NCBI GenBank assembly: GCA_963708075.1
Contig: OY970194.1
Location: 3,936,001-4,000,000, forward strand
Reading direction: 5' to 3'
DNA length: 64,000 nucleotides
Source: Sedimentisphaerales bacterium
GTDB taxonomy: Bacteria; Planctomycetota; Phycisphaerae; Sedimentisphaerales; Anaerobacaceae
Both the position numbers and the translations under genes were made by a program. The stretch's first letter is position 1; every line of letters starts with the position of its first letter. Under the pieces are notes generated by a model that saw only the letters and a program-made list of their open reading frames with translations, did not search any database and was not told where the DNA came from. This document shows positions 1-9,678 of this stretch, in pieces.

Positions 1-1
1 C

Positions 2-1378
2 GAACCCGTGGTCACGGTAGTCCGCCAGGTCGGCGCGGACCAGGCGATCCATTTCGGCGGGCGTATTCCGTCCTCGCCGGTCCGGGCCTCTCAGCCCGCC
101 AACGGGCGGAAAGCTCTCCAGCCACGTGCCCCAATGCCTGTCCACGGGCCGGCTCAGTCGAAACGGCAGGACCAACAGGCGCCACTCCAGGACTGTGGGC
201 GGCGCCTTCTCCGGTCGCACGGTCAGTGACATCCGATAGCGCCCGGGCGCCGCGTCAGGAGGGATGCGCACGGTCAGCCACCACTGCTTGACCTGGCCGG
301 CGGCCACATGAGAGGCGCGGCCGGTAGGTCCTTCGATCATCTCCGGCACGATGTGGTATTCGCCCTTACCACCCCAACCGCTGACGCGTTGGGGCCAGCA
401 CCGAACGATCCCCACCTTCACGTTGTCGCGTGTTATGGTCTGTTTGTCCTTTTCCGCCACGAAGTCGGACAGTTCCAGAGTCACATGTCCCAGGTCTTTC
501 TGGGGACAAATGCAGAATGTGGCGGGCTCGAATTCGCCCGGCGCAGCAAAAGCAGTCACGGGCTTTCCAATGATCGAACGTGCAGGCACAAAGGTCGGCA
601 TGATCTGGTCGGTGTAATCGGTGGGGAAGACCACATAGCCCTTTTCCTGCTCGGCGGCGCTCCAGTCCAGCGGCGGGTTCGCGGGCCCGGATTTCACTTC
701 GTGCCAGTTAGGCAGCTCCGGCTCGGTCAGAAAGAAAATGTCCCGTTCGAGTCCGGCGACGACTTCAGCAAGCTCCGGCCCTTCCTTGCCGATTACCAGG
801 CCGTTCAGGACCCAGCCATGTGGGCCCCTGAACTCGATCTGCAATCGCTCGTCAGCCGCACGGGCCGGAAAAGACTCCATAAAGACAAACCGTGCCCGCG
901 GAATGCGCATGTCCAGTTTCTTCTCGCCGTTAGCCCATACCTCAAAGAGCGGTGGATCCCATTCGGGGTCGCCGGCGACGAGCCATACTGTGTACTCGCC
1001 GTCTGGCAAGGTCATCTGGAAAGCGTTGTCGCTCTCTCCCTCGATGAGCGCACAAGTCACATCCGACGTGATTCGATAGGCACCATACACCGAGGCAGTG
1101 TATTTATCTTCCGGCAATACGATCGCCGAGCCGCCGCGGTCAGAGGCCACTAAGCCCTGCGTCGATTGGAAGCCATAGCCCTTTTCGGATGTGAAGGCTT
1201 CCGTGACGGTTACTTTGGTGAAACCGACGCGGGCGGCGGAAGTAGGTGTGCCGAACTGGAACCTGGCCACTATCGCGGCCTGTCGGTTCGTCGCCACCCC
1301 GCCTGGGGGAGGATCATTGACGGCGGCAGACTTTTCTCCAGTACCTGCCAACACCACAGCGAGTAGCCATAACCACAT
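2..1378 (-). CDS. Secreted carbohydrate-active protein (GH123/DUF4091-like N-terminal region), partial, runs off the left edge
   Basis: Not in the ORF track because it has no stop in the window. Read by hand: AGGAGG RBS, ATG at 1378, MWLWLLAVVLAG signal peptide, open frame to the window start. Contains FAAPGEFEPATF and QWWLTVRIPPDAAPGRY, typical of GH123-like Ig domains. Confidence 0.6.
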   Translation of the reverse strand, partial: MWLWLLAVVLAGTGEKSAAVNDPPPGGVATNRQAAIVARFQFGTPTSAARVGFTKVTVTEAFTSEKGYGFQSTQGLVASDRGGSAIVLPEDKYTASVYGAYRITSDVTCALIEGESDNAFQMTLPDGEYTVWLVAGDPEWDPPLFEVWANGEKKLDMRIPRARFVFMESFPARAADERLQIEFRGPHGWVLNGLVIGKEGPELAEVVAGLERDIFFLTEPELPNWHEVKSGPANPPLDWSAAEQEKGYVVFPTDYTDQIMPTFVPARSIIGKPVTAFAAPGEFEPATFCICPQKDLGHVTLELSDFVAEKDKQTITRDNVKVGIVRCWPQRVSGWGGKGEYHIVPEMIEGPTGRASHVAAGQVKQWWLTVRIPPDAAPGRYRMSLTVRPEKAPPTVLEWRLLVLPFRLSRPVDRHWGTWLESFPPVGGLRGPDRRGRNTPAEMDRLVRADLADYRDHGF

Positions 1379-1456
1379 CTCTGTCCTCCTTCTGCCAATC
1401 GTGTGCACGCTCGCATCCTTCGGATGGCATGATTTCCCGCCCCGGCCACTCCTGCG

Positions 1457-2749
1457 TCACGCTTTTACCGCTTGATGCTTCTTGATGTAGTCAGCGTCAA
1501 TCTCTACACCCAGTCCCGGACCGGTAGGGACTTTGATCTTCCCGTCAACGACGCGCAGAGCTGACGTCTTGCATTCGAATTGCACGTTCGTTCGCAATCC
1601 CTTGAATTCGTGATGCGGACAAGCGTTGGGAAGGGCCGAGACAAAGTGCATCATATAGAGATATCCGAGCCCTCCGCCGGACATGTGCGGCGTACAGTCT
1701 TTTCCAAACGCCCTTGCCATGCGGGCCACCTGCATCGAGCGAATCATGCCGCCGAAATAGTAGTTGTCCGGCTGGACGATTTGCAGGCCGTCGTTGGCAA
1801 TCAGCCAGCGAAAGCCGTGCAGGCTGTACTCCTGTTCGCCGCCCGCCACGGGCAGGGCCAGGGCATCGGCCACTTGTTTCGTCTCTTCATACCAGTCGAA
1901 CATCACGGGCTCCTCGAAGAAGCCGTAGCGGTACTCTTCCAGCAGGTGTCCCACGCGGATGGCCTCTTCCACAGAATAGAAGCCATTCGCATCGGCATAC
2001 AGAGCCATGTCATCGCCGAAGGTCTTGCGGATGAGCGGAATGATGATCTCCGTTCTTCCCTTGGGACCGACGGCCTTGATGTCCTTCGTCATGAACATCA
2101 GTCCGCCGACTTTGATCTTGACGGCATGGGCGTTGTATTCCGCGACATCTCTTTTGATCAGGTCCAGGGACTCCTCTACCGATTTCTCACGGTACTCGGT
2201 GGCCTGGTACACCGCTACCTGGGGGTGGTGGATTTCTCCGATCAACTGACCCATGGACTTGTTCGCGATACGGCCCAGCATGTCGAGAATGGCAAACTCA
2301 ATCGTGGCCAAGGGGATCCCGAGCGCCAGGCCGCTCAACCGGAAATTGAAATTGTAGATGTAAACCTTCTCCAGCAGCAAGTCCAGGTCGCGCGCGTCCT
2401 TGTCGATGAAGAACGGTTGCAGCAGGTTGACAAAGATAGGATAGAGCGAGTTCAGACTGCTGTGACCGACCGAGATTCCTTCCGCCCCATCCGTCGAACG
2501 CACCCGGCAGAGGAAATTGCCCTGGTACCGAAGCAATTCCAGGGTCTCGATGATCACCGGAGTCGCAAACAGCTCCTTCTTGAGAACAGGCTGCTTGAGG
2601 ATCTCATCGAGCGTGGCATACTTGGGGTTCAGGGCCCCCGCTGAGCCCGGGGATTGAGCTTGGGAACCCTGAGAGGACAGCGGTGACGCCGTGGCCGCCA
2701 CGCCACCCGCAAGAGCAGTCGCAATGAATTGTCGTCGATTGGTTCGCAT
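1457..2749 (-). CDS. Mandelate racemase/muconate lactonizing (enolase superfamily) enzyme with Tat signal
   Basis: NRRQFI twin-arginine leader; KxK (KIK), metal ligands D(ANG)/E(EP)/E(QE), PH motif, C-terminal PTGPGLG. Confidence 0.85.
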   Translation of the reverse strand: MRTNRRQFIATALAGGVAATASPLSSQGSQAQSPGSAGALNPKYATLDEILKQPVLKKELFATPVIIETLELLRYQGNFLCRVRSTDGAEGISVGHSSLNSLYPIFVNLLQPFFIDKDARDLDLLLEKVYIYNFNFRLSGLALGIPLATIEFAILDMLGRIANKSMGQLIGEIHHPQVAVYQATEYREKSVEESLDLIKRDVAEYNAHAVKIKVGGLMFMTKDIKAVGPKGRTEIIIPLIRKTFGDDMALYADANGFYSVEEAIRVGHLLEEYRYGFFEEPVMFDWYEETKQVADALALPVAGGEQEYSLHGFRWLIANDGLQIVQPDNYYFGGMIRSMQVARMARAFGKDCTPHMSGGGLGYLYMMHFVSALPNACPHHEFKGLRTNVQFECKTSALRVVDGKIKVPTGPGLGVEIDADYIKKHQAVKA

Positions 2750-2780
2750 AGGTCATCTGTCCTAATTATAGCGTGACGGA

Positions 2781-4343
2781 TCACTGTTTCCGTTTCTTTT
2801 TGTTCTTCTGCGGCTCTTCCTTGGAGGCCGGTGGATTCTGCGCCGCTTTGGCCCGCATCGCCTGGGCTTCGGCGGCTTCCTTTGTGCCGGGCGCCGGACG
2901 CCAATCGCGCTCAGGCACGAAACGTTGGTCTCCGGCCGTCAGCTCTTCGAGAGTCTCCAGACGGCGGCCCTGGTCGTTGGTGTCCTCGATCCATTCTTCC
3001 AGGACGGCTCGCAGCTTCTTCAATTCGGCCTGATGTTCGGGATTATCCGATTCGGCAAGGTTGTCGATTTCCCACGGGTCGGTTTCGAGATCGTACAGTT
3101 CCTCTTCCGGCATGGTCGGTCGGCAGAGGGTCTCCTGTGCGGGGGTGAGCTTGCCCTGGGCATGAAGTTCCTTGAGCAAGTTCCAGACAGGATACGAGTT
3201 CTCCTTGTAGGCATTGAAAGCGAGGAACGGCACCCATGGCGTGAAGTTGCGGATGTAGCGGTAGCGGTCGTTTCGTACCGTGCGGATGCGCATCACGGTC
3301 ATGTCGCAGCGGTCCCGATAGCCGAAGACATACTGACGATCCGGCTCGCAGCGGTCGCCCAGGAAGACCTGCCCCTGCATCCTGGGAGGCTTCGGCGCTC
3401 CGGCCAGGGCCAGCGTGGTGGGAGCGAGGTCAATGCCGTGGAGCAGGCGAGTGTCGACGGTCCCGGCCTGGAAATGCGCCGGAGCAGGGAAGTTCTTAGG
3501 CCAGCGGATGATCAGCGGTACCAGCAATCCCTCCTCGTAGCAGAACTGCTTGCCGCGGACATGAGACTGCCCGTTATCGCCGAAGAAGATGACCACGGTA
3601 TTGTCGGCGAGGCCGTCTTTCTCCAAGGCCGCGAGCACGAGGCCTACCTTGCGGTCCAATTCGGTGGCCTCATCGAGGTACTTGCCCCAATCCTCGCGTG
3701 TCACCGGATGGTCGGGGTAGTACGGCGGGATTTCGACCTTGGCCGGGTCGGCTTTCTTAGGTGCCGTGTAGGCACGGTGAGTCTCGTTGAAGTTGACCTG
3801 TGCATAGAATGGTTGATGCGTCTTGAGGTCATCCCACCTCGCCGAGTCGAACGGTTTGCCCTCGTATAGGAAGTTCCAGTCGGTCTTGCCGGTGCCTTTG
3901 AAATCACACGGCGGGGGCAGCTCACGAACGTTCGCCGTGAAATACCCGGCCTGTCGCATCCAATCACTGAGCACCTTCACCCCTTCCGGCAGCGGCTTCT
4001 TGTTGGTTGTGCGATGATTGTGCGCCCCGATGGTCGTGGCATACATGCCGGTGTTGAACGCCGAGCGGCTGGGCGAGCAGACGTGTCCATTGTAGCAGCG
4101 GGTGTAGCGCACCCCTTGGGAAGCCAGGCGGTCCAGGTTGGGCGTCCACACCTCCTTGGCCCCGTAGCAACCCAGGTGTTGGCCGAAATCCTCGGCGATC
4201 AGCCATAAGATGTTGGGTGTCTTGAGGCTGGGCTTCTCCACGTCAGACGCGCCCCACGCCATGGGACAAAGGACCGCCAGCACAAGAACGGCGTGAATCA
4301 GGAACGCCAAACGACACGACAACCGTGATTTGCCGGCTTTCAT
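2781..4343 (-). CDS. Sulfatase (formylglycine-dependent, S1)
   Basis: PNILWLIAED, CSPSR motif, FGDNG, EELYDLETDPWE; signal peptide. Confidence 0.92.
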   Translation of the reverse strand: MKAGKSRLSCRLAFLIHAVLVLAVLCPMAWGASDVEKPSLKTPNILWLIAEDFGQHLGCYGAKEVWTPNLDRLASQGVRYTRCYNGHVCSPSRSAFNTGMYATTIGAHNHRTTNKKPLPEGVKVLSDWMRQAGYFTANVRELPPPCDFKGTGKTDWNFLYEGKPFDSARWDDLKTHQPFYAQVNFNETHRAYTAPKKADPAKVEIPPYYPDHPVTREDWGKYLDEATELDRKVGLVLAALEKDGLADNTVVIFFGDNGQSHVRGKQFCYEEGLLVPLIIRWPKNFPAPAHFQAGTVDTRLLHGIDLAPTTLALAGAPKPPRMQGQVFLGDRCEPDRQYVFGYRDRCDMTVMRIRTVRNDRYRYIRNFTPWVPFLAFNAYKENSYPVWNLLKELHAQGKLTPAQETLCRPTMPEEELYDLETDPWEIDNLAESDNPEHQAELKKLRAVLEEWIEDTNDQGRRLETLEELTAGDQRFVPERDWRPAPGTKEAAEAQAMRAKAAQNPPASKEEPQKNKKKRKQ

Positions 4344-5951
4344 CTTCTCTCCTGCTTCGATGCGGTCTTCTTTTGCGCGGCCTCTGCGAGAGGATAGCGG
4401 CGGACCTCCACGTCGTTCTTCTGCTTCCCGCCCGGCGTGCTGCGGCCATCCGTGACAACTTTCTCCATCAAGGCACGCATCTCGGCGACGAGCTCAGGCT
4501 TCTCTGCGGCAAGGTTCGTCTTTTCACCGATATCGTCAGCAAGGTTGTAGAGCTGGACATCGGTCCTTGCTTTCGGGTCTTGCTCCAGGATGAGTTTCCA
4601 CGGGCCACGACGCAGACCGGGAACACCGTTGGATGCACAACTGACGGCATGTTCGCGAACCGGCTGGTCCCCGCCCTTGAGCAGCGGCAGCAGGCTGAAG
4701 CTGTCCTCGCCGGCATTGTCCGGCAATCTCATGCCAAGAACATCGGCCAACGTGGCGATGAGATCGGCGTGGTGAACGAGCTGCTCGCACACCGCACCCG
4801 GTTTTACCTCGCCGGGCCAGCGTACGATGAACGGCACGCGATGCCCGCCTTCGAACACAGCCCCTTTGTAGCCACGGAGCGGACCGCTCGGAAAATGGCC
4901 CTTCATTTCGAGCTCGTCCGCGCCGATGTAGGGAGCACAGCCATTGTCGCTGGTGAACAAGACGATGGTGTTCTGGGCCGCACCACTTTCGCGCAGCGCC
5001 TCGAGCACACGACCCACCACGGCGTCGGTTCTCCATCACGAGATCGGCATAGAGGTTCAAGCCGCTCTTGCCGAGCCAGGGCCCGTTCACGGCCAAGGGC
5101 GTGTGCGGAGACGTGAGTGGCAAATAGAGCAGGAATGGCTGCTTCGCCCTCACTTGGCGATGGATGAAGTCCACTGCACGGTCGCCAAGCGTGGGGAGGA
5201 TAGCTTCGAGCTGCCAGTCCCGCAGCGCCGGCCCTTGAAGACTGGCCTGGTTCGTCGCCAGCTTATCCACCGGCAGCAACTCGCTCGGGATGCCCACGGT
5301 GCGGTCGTTCTCGATGAAACAATATGGCGGCCAATTGGGCACATCGGTACCGAAGTACTCGTCGAAGCCGCGCGTGGTCGGCCCGCCCGGGATGGGTCGG
5401 GAGAAAACGTCTCGCCACGTCGCACGGTGCGCATCGGTGACGGTGGTGGAGACCTGGCCGCCACCGCCGGCCTGGCCGCCGAACCCGGTGAAGTGCGGCC
5501 GCTGTTCCTCCGTGATCGGCCAGTCGCGACCGAGATGCCATTTGCCGATGCACGCGGTGCGATAGCCGTGCTGCCTGGCGAGGCCGGCCACTGTGAGCCG
5601 GTCCGGTGCGATGAGCGGCGCACCCCATACGGAAACGATCCCTTGCTGCAGCCGCGACCGCCAATGATAGCGGCCCGTCAGCAGCGTGTAACGTGACGGC
5701 GAGCACACGCCGGAACTGGAGTGGGCGTCCATGAAGCGCATTCCCTCAGCAGCCAGGCGGTCCACATTCGGCGTGGGAATCTTCCCGCGTTGCGGATTGT
5801 AACAGTGAACGTCGCCGTAACCCAGGTCATCGGCGAGGATGATGACGATGTTGGGCTTGCCCGAGGAAGCTGCCCGGGATATCGCCGGGACGGCGCCAAT
5901 CCCCACTCCGACCACCAGCGCCAACGTGATGAATGAGACTCGATGTTCCAT
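4340..5951 (-). CDS. Arylsulfatase A-like sulfatase, split by a +1 frameshift near 5030 (probably a sequencing error)
   Basis: Start MEHRVSF at 5951; KPNIVIILADDLGYGD, CSPSR, GKWHLG in ORF 4536-6410; TSDNG, RGYKG, EGGHRVPF in ORF 4340-5020. Removing one A from GAGAACCGAC restores ...VMETDAVVGRV. Confidence 0.85.
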
Positions 5952-5957
5952 GTCACG

Positions 5958-5966
5958 ATTATAGCA
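5958..5966 (-). promoter_or_regulatory. Extended -10 promoter (TGcTATAAT) directly upstream of the sulfatase ATG
   Basis: Minus strand reads TGCTATAAT-CGTGAC-ATG, with no Shine-Dalgarno in between. Confidence 0.55.
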
Positions 5967-6465
5967 CCCTCGCTGCCCCTTTGCAGCAGGCAATATGTGG
6001 CGTGGGGACATCCCATAGAGTACAGGTATTGTCCCATCGTAAGTAGATATGACTGTAGAACTTGCGACATCGCCCGGCGGAAGCATTTGCCTCACCTTCT
6101 TGGTCGATGAGCCTCTATGAACCATGAAACAGAATCTGTGGCGCAAAGAGGTATATCGACCGCTGTGACGCAGAGATTGCTGGAGCACTCCGGTCCACAG
6201 CTCACCAATGACGTATGCACAAATGTCGATCCCGTGCTGTGTCAGGCGATCAGTTAGTTGCTGGTGTCGGAATGGGTTTGATGGCCATCTGACAGTGGTC
6301 GATCTCACCGAGCGACTGCGATTCAGATAGTCTCCGTGGAAGACCTGGCCGGTCATGGAGATGGGCACAAGAATCCTTTTCGGAGGTTGTGCCAGTGCCC
6401 CTATTTCCATGCAGGCAGGTGCGTCAGCTATGTCAGAATAGATCCAGAGTATACAGGAGGGGACC

Positions 6466-6496
6466 CATATGATAGTATTTCAATAAGTATCATATG
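6466..6496. promoter_or_regulatory. AT-rich inverted repeat, candidate operator of the mqn-like operon
   Basis: CATATGATA-N13-TATCATATG, perfect 9-bp arms, about 195 bp upstream of mqnA. Confidence 0.4.
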
Positions 6497-6690
6497 TTAC
6501 GGGTGGGCCCGTGAGTTGAACCGGGGGTAAGTAGCCTGCGTATGCATCCGAGCCTTAGCCTCCGGGCAGAGGCTCTTGCAGATGCGTTGGTAAGGCCTGT
6601 TACGAGATCGGCCTTGACGTGGATTGCTACCGTGGCGGTAGTCCTTTGCCTTGACCGACTCGATTATTTTGGACTCCGACTCATAAGCTT

Positions 6691-7491
6691 ATGAACACAG
6701 TCCAGGCATACAGATTCTGCGTCCTTCCCTACGCCAACGCCCTTCCCCTCGTCCACTTCATGACAGACGTCTATCCCCCAGCGAAGCTGTTTTACCGTGT
6801 GCCACGATCAGCGGTCGGAGGCTTGTTAGAGGGCGTAGTTGACGCGGCGTTGATTCCCATTGTCGATTGCTTCGCCCATCCCGATCTCGTGATGATTCCG
6901 GGATTGGGCATTTGTGCCGACGGCGACGTTACGAGCGTTCTCCTGCAATGCCGTCGGCCGCTGTCGCAGGTCAGAGTCGTCGGACTTGACCCCGAGTCCA
7001 GAACATCGAATACCCTCGTCCAAGTGCTGATGCGGGACCACTTTCGGATCTCTCATCGCGTTGAATACAGCCTGTGTGATGATGAGGCGGATGCCTGCGT
7101 GTGCATCGGCGATCGCGCCCTGTGTGCGGCGCCGGCGGTGGAAACGTATGATCTCGCCGGGGAATGGAAGAAGATGACCGGCTTACCGTTCGTCTTCGCC
7201 GTCTGGGCTGTGCAGCGGTCGTGCCCTGATCTCGAGGAAATCTCGTGGATTTTGCACCGCGTCAGGGATCGTGGATGCCACGCCATTGGCGAACTGGCAC
7301 AGCTCTGTGCGCAGCGGCTGGGTCTGCCTGAGAACCGTTGCCATGAGTACCTTGCGAATCGCCTGTACTACGATGTGGGGCCCGCGGAATGTGAGGGCAT
7401 GGGCTTGTTCCGAGGTCTCGCCGCGAGCCTCGTCAGACAAGGGGCAGACCACAGACAAGGGCAGAATACCCCAGTCCCCGAGTGGAGTTGA
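6691..7491 (+). CDS. mqnA: Chorismate dehydratase (futalosine pathway)
   Basis: PYANALPL, GICADGDVTSV, SRTS, IGDRAL, DLAGEWKKMTGLPFVFAVW motifs; directly upstream of mqnE/mqnC-type domains. Confidence 0.88.
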   Translation: MNTVQAYRFCVLPYANALPLVHFMTDVYPPAKLFYRVPRSAVGGLLEGVVDAALIPIVDCFAHPDLVMIPGLGICADGDVTSVLLQCRRPLSQVRVVGLDPESRTSNTLVQVLMRDHFRISHRVEYSLCDDEADACVCIGDRALCAAPAVETYDLAGEWKKMTGLPFVFAVWAVQRSCPDLEEISWILHRVRDRGCHAIGELAQLCAQRLGLPENRCHEYLANRLYYDVGPAECEGMGLFRGLAASLVRQGADHRQGQNTPVPEWS

Positions 7492-7492
7492 C

Positions 7493-9670
7493 ATGTTACA
7501 ACAATGGAATGAACGAATCTCCCCGGAAGAGGCGCTGAACCTCTTGACAAAAGCGGACACGGCCGAGCTGATGGCCCGGGCTGATAAGGTCCGCCGGCAA
7601 AGACACGGTGCGAACGTCTACCACGTGCACAGTCTGAACCTGAATCCCACCAATCTATGCGAGAATCGTTGCGGCTTGTGTGCATTCTGGCGCGAAGCCG
7701 GGTCGGGCGAGGCTTATACACTAAGCCTTCAGCAGGTTGAGGAAAGGCTCGAGAGAGCCAGAGGATGGGGACTCACCGACGTTCACATCGTCGGCGGCCT
7801 GAACCGGGAATTGGGCCTTGACTACTATGTCGAGTTGCTTCGCATCACCAAGCGGGTGCTGCCCACGACAGCGATACAAGCCCTGACTGCCGTCGAGGTC
7901 CAGTGGCTTTCGGATCGTGCCGGCAAATCAGTGGCCGAAGTGCTGGCAATGCTGAAGGCAGCCGGCCTGGATGCCCTGCCGGGCGGAGGAGCGGAGATCT
8001 TCTCCACACGGGTCCGAGAGAATATTTGCCCAAAAAAGCTTCCCGCTGATCAATGGCTCCATGTGCACCACATCGCCCACGACCTGGGTATCCCGAGCAA
8101 CGCGACCATGCTCTTCGGACACGTCGAAACCCCGGAAGAGATCGTGGACCATCTATGCAGACTCAGGACTCTGCAGGACCAGACCGGAGGTTTTCAGGCC
8201 TTCTGTCCTCTTCCTTTCCACGCGAAGGGCACGCAGATCGGTGTGGCGCGAGGTCCGGGCGGGCATGCCATCGCCCGGATCGTGGCCCTGGCCCGCATCT
8301 TTCTCGACAACTTCCCGCATGTTCGAGTCCTGGCCAATTTCCTCGACCGCAAGCTGCTGCAGACGTTGCTTTTCTGCGGGGCCGACGACATCGGCGGCAC
8401 CAGCATCGACGAGCAGATCGCTCGCTCAGCCGGAGCTTCCGACGACTGCTCGTTCCACGACCCTGAGGAGATGGCGACTTTCATACGGGAACTTGGACTT
8501 CGTTCGGTACTCACGAGCAGCCTGTATGACCATCGCAGCCGAAGACAACCGCAGGCGCAGGTCCCGTTGCTCGCTTCAAAGGCGGCAAGGGCTTTGCAGA
8601 AAGCAGAGGCTGGACAGCGGCTGAACGCCGAGGAAGCGACATGGCTCCACGATACCCTGCCGTTCTACGAACTGGGACGGATCGCCCATGAGCATCGCCG
8701 GCAAGTCATCGGCGACCAGCGATCCACGTTCATCATCGATAGAAACATCAGCTTCACGAACGTCTGCACCGTCGGATGCAAATTCTGTGCGTACCACAAG
8801 GGGCCCAGGGATGGCGATGCATTCACGATGTCGATTGAAGAGATCGTGCGACTCGTGGAGGAGGCGGCCGGCCTCGGCGCCACCCAGATCATGCTTCAAG
8901 GCGGCCTGAATCCGGCCCTGAGTTTCTCCTGGTATAAGGACATGCTTCGGGCCATCAAGGATCGTGTCCCCGCTGTCTGGCTGCATTCGCTGTCCCCCGC
9001 GGAGGTGCTGTGGCTCGCGCAGCGCTCCCATCTGCCCCTCAGGGACACCCTTGTGCAACTGCGAGAGGCCGGCTTGGATTCGCTACCGGGAGGCGGCGCC
9101 GAGATTCTCGTGGATGAGGTTCGCCAAAGAGTCAGCCCGGCGAAGATCACGACCCCTCAGTGGCTTGAAGTCATGGAGATAGCCCACAGTCTGGGTATGG
9201 GCACGACGGCGACGATGGTCTATGGCCTGGGCGAGACGACAGCCGATCGCGTGCAACACCTGCTGCACGTCCGCGACCTTCAGGATCGCACCGGGGGCTT
9301 CCGGGCCTTCATTCCCTGGAGTTTTCAGTCGAATCACACCCGGCTCTCCGAGCGGCCGCAAACCGGCGTGGATTACCTTCGCATGGTCGCCCTGTCCCGC
9401 CTGGTTTTGGATAATGTTGAGCACATCCAGGCCGGGTGGGTCACCGAGGGACCGTATATGGCCCAGATCGCCCTGACTTTTGGAGCGGACGACTTCGGCG
9501 GCGTCCTGATGGAAGAGAGCGTGGTCAAGGCCACCGGCATCAATCACACCGTGACGGCCGAACAAGTAATCGCCCTGATCGCCGAGACCGGGATGACCGC
9601 CGCCCAGCGAGATACGGAGTACAAGACTCTTCGAACCTTCGACAGGCAAAGGACCCTGAAAAGCGCGTGA
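7493..9670 (+). CDS. mqnE-mqnC: Fused double radical-SAM protein: MqnE-like (aminofutalosine synthase) N-half plus MqnC-like (cyclic dehypoxanthine futalosine synthase) C-half
   Basis: ATG at 7493, about 725 aa, one continuous frame. Two CxxxCxxC motifs (CENRCGLC; CTVGCKFC) and two PGGGAEI motifs. N-half has HIVGG, NATMLFGH, LQDQTGGF; C-half has IDRNI, MLQGG, FIPWSFQ, QAGWVT. Confidence 0.85.
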   Translation: MLQQWNERISPEEALNLLTKADTAELMARADKVRRQRHGANVYHVHSLNLNPTNLCENRCGLCAFWREAGSGEAYTLSLQQVEERLERARGWGLTDVHIVGGLNRELGLDYYVELLRITKRVLPTTAIQALTAVEVQWLSDRAGKSVAEVLAMLKAAGLDALPGGGAEIFSTRVRENICPKKLPADQWLHVHHIAHDLGIPSNATMLFGHVETPEEIVDHLCRLRTLQDQTGGFQAFCPLPFHAKGTQIGVARGPGGHAIARIVALARIFLDNFPHVRVLANFLDRKLLQTLLFCGADDIGGTSIDEQIARSAGASDDCSFHDPEEMATFIRELGLRSVLTSSLYDHRSRRQPQAQVPLLASKAARALQKAEAGQRLNAEEATWLHDTLPFYELGRIAHEHRRQVIGDQRSTFIIDRNISFTNVCTVGCKFCAYHKGPRDGDAFTMSIEEIVRLVEEAAGLGATQIMLQGGLNPALSFSWYKDMLRAIKDRVPAVWLHSLSPAEVLWLAQRSHLPLRDTLVQLREAGLDSLPGGGAEILVDEVRQRVSPAKITTPQWLEVMEIAHSLGMGTTATMVYGLGETTADRVQHLLHVRDLQDRTGGFRAFIPWSFQSNHTRLSERPQTGVDYLRMVALSRLVLDNVEHIQAGWVTEGPYMAQIALTFGADDFGGVLMEESVVKATGINHTVTAEQVIALIAETGMTAAQRDTEYKTLRTFDRQRTLKSA

Positions 9671-9678
9671 CACTGCCA

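Noticed and set aside
5952..6410. N-terminal extension of ORF 4536-6410 (similarly 7271-7492, 9436-9666, 14966-15112, 18825-19325)
   Set aside because: Non-protein-like sequence or overlap with upstream genes; better starts with signal peptides or stop-start coupling lie downstream.
7493..9670. FbiC (CofG-CofH) F420 synthase as the identity of the double radical-SAM protein
   Set aside because: The N-half has MqnE-type motifs (HIVGG, PGGGAEIF, NATMLFGH) rather than CofG ones, the gene is coupled to mqnA, and no other cof genes are present.
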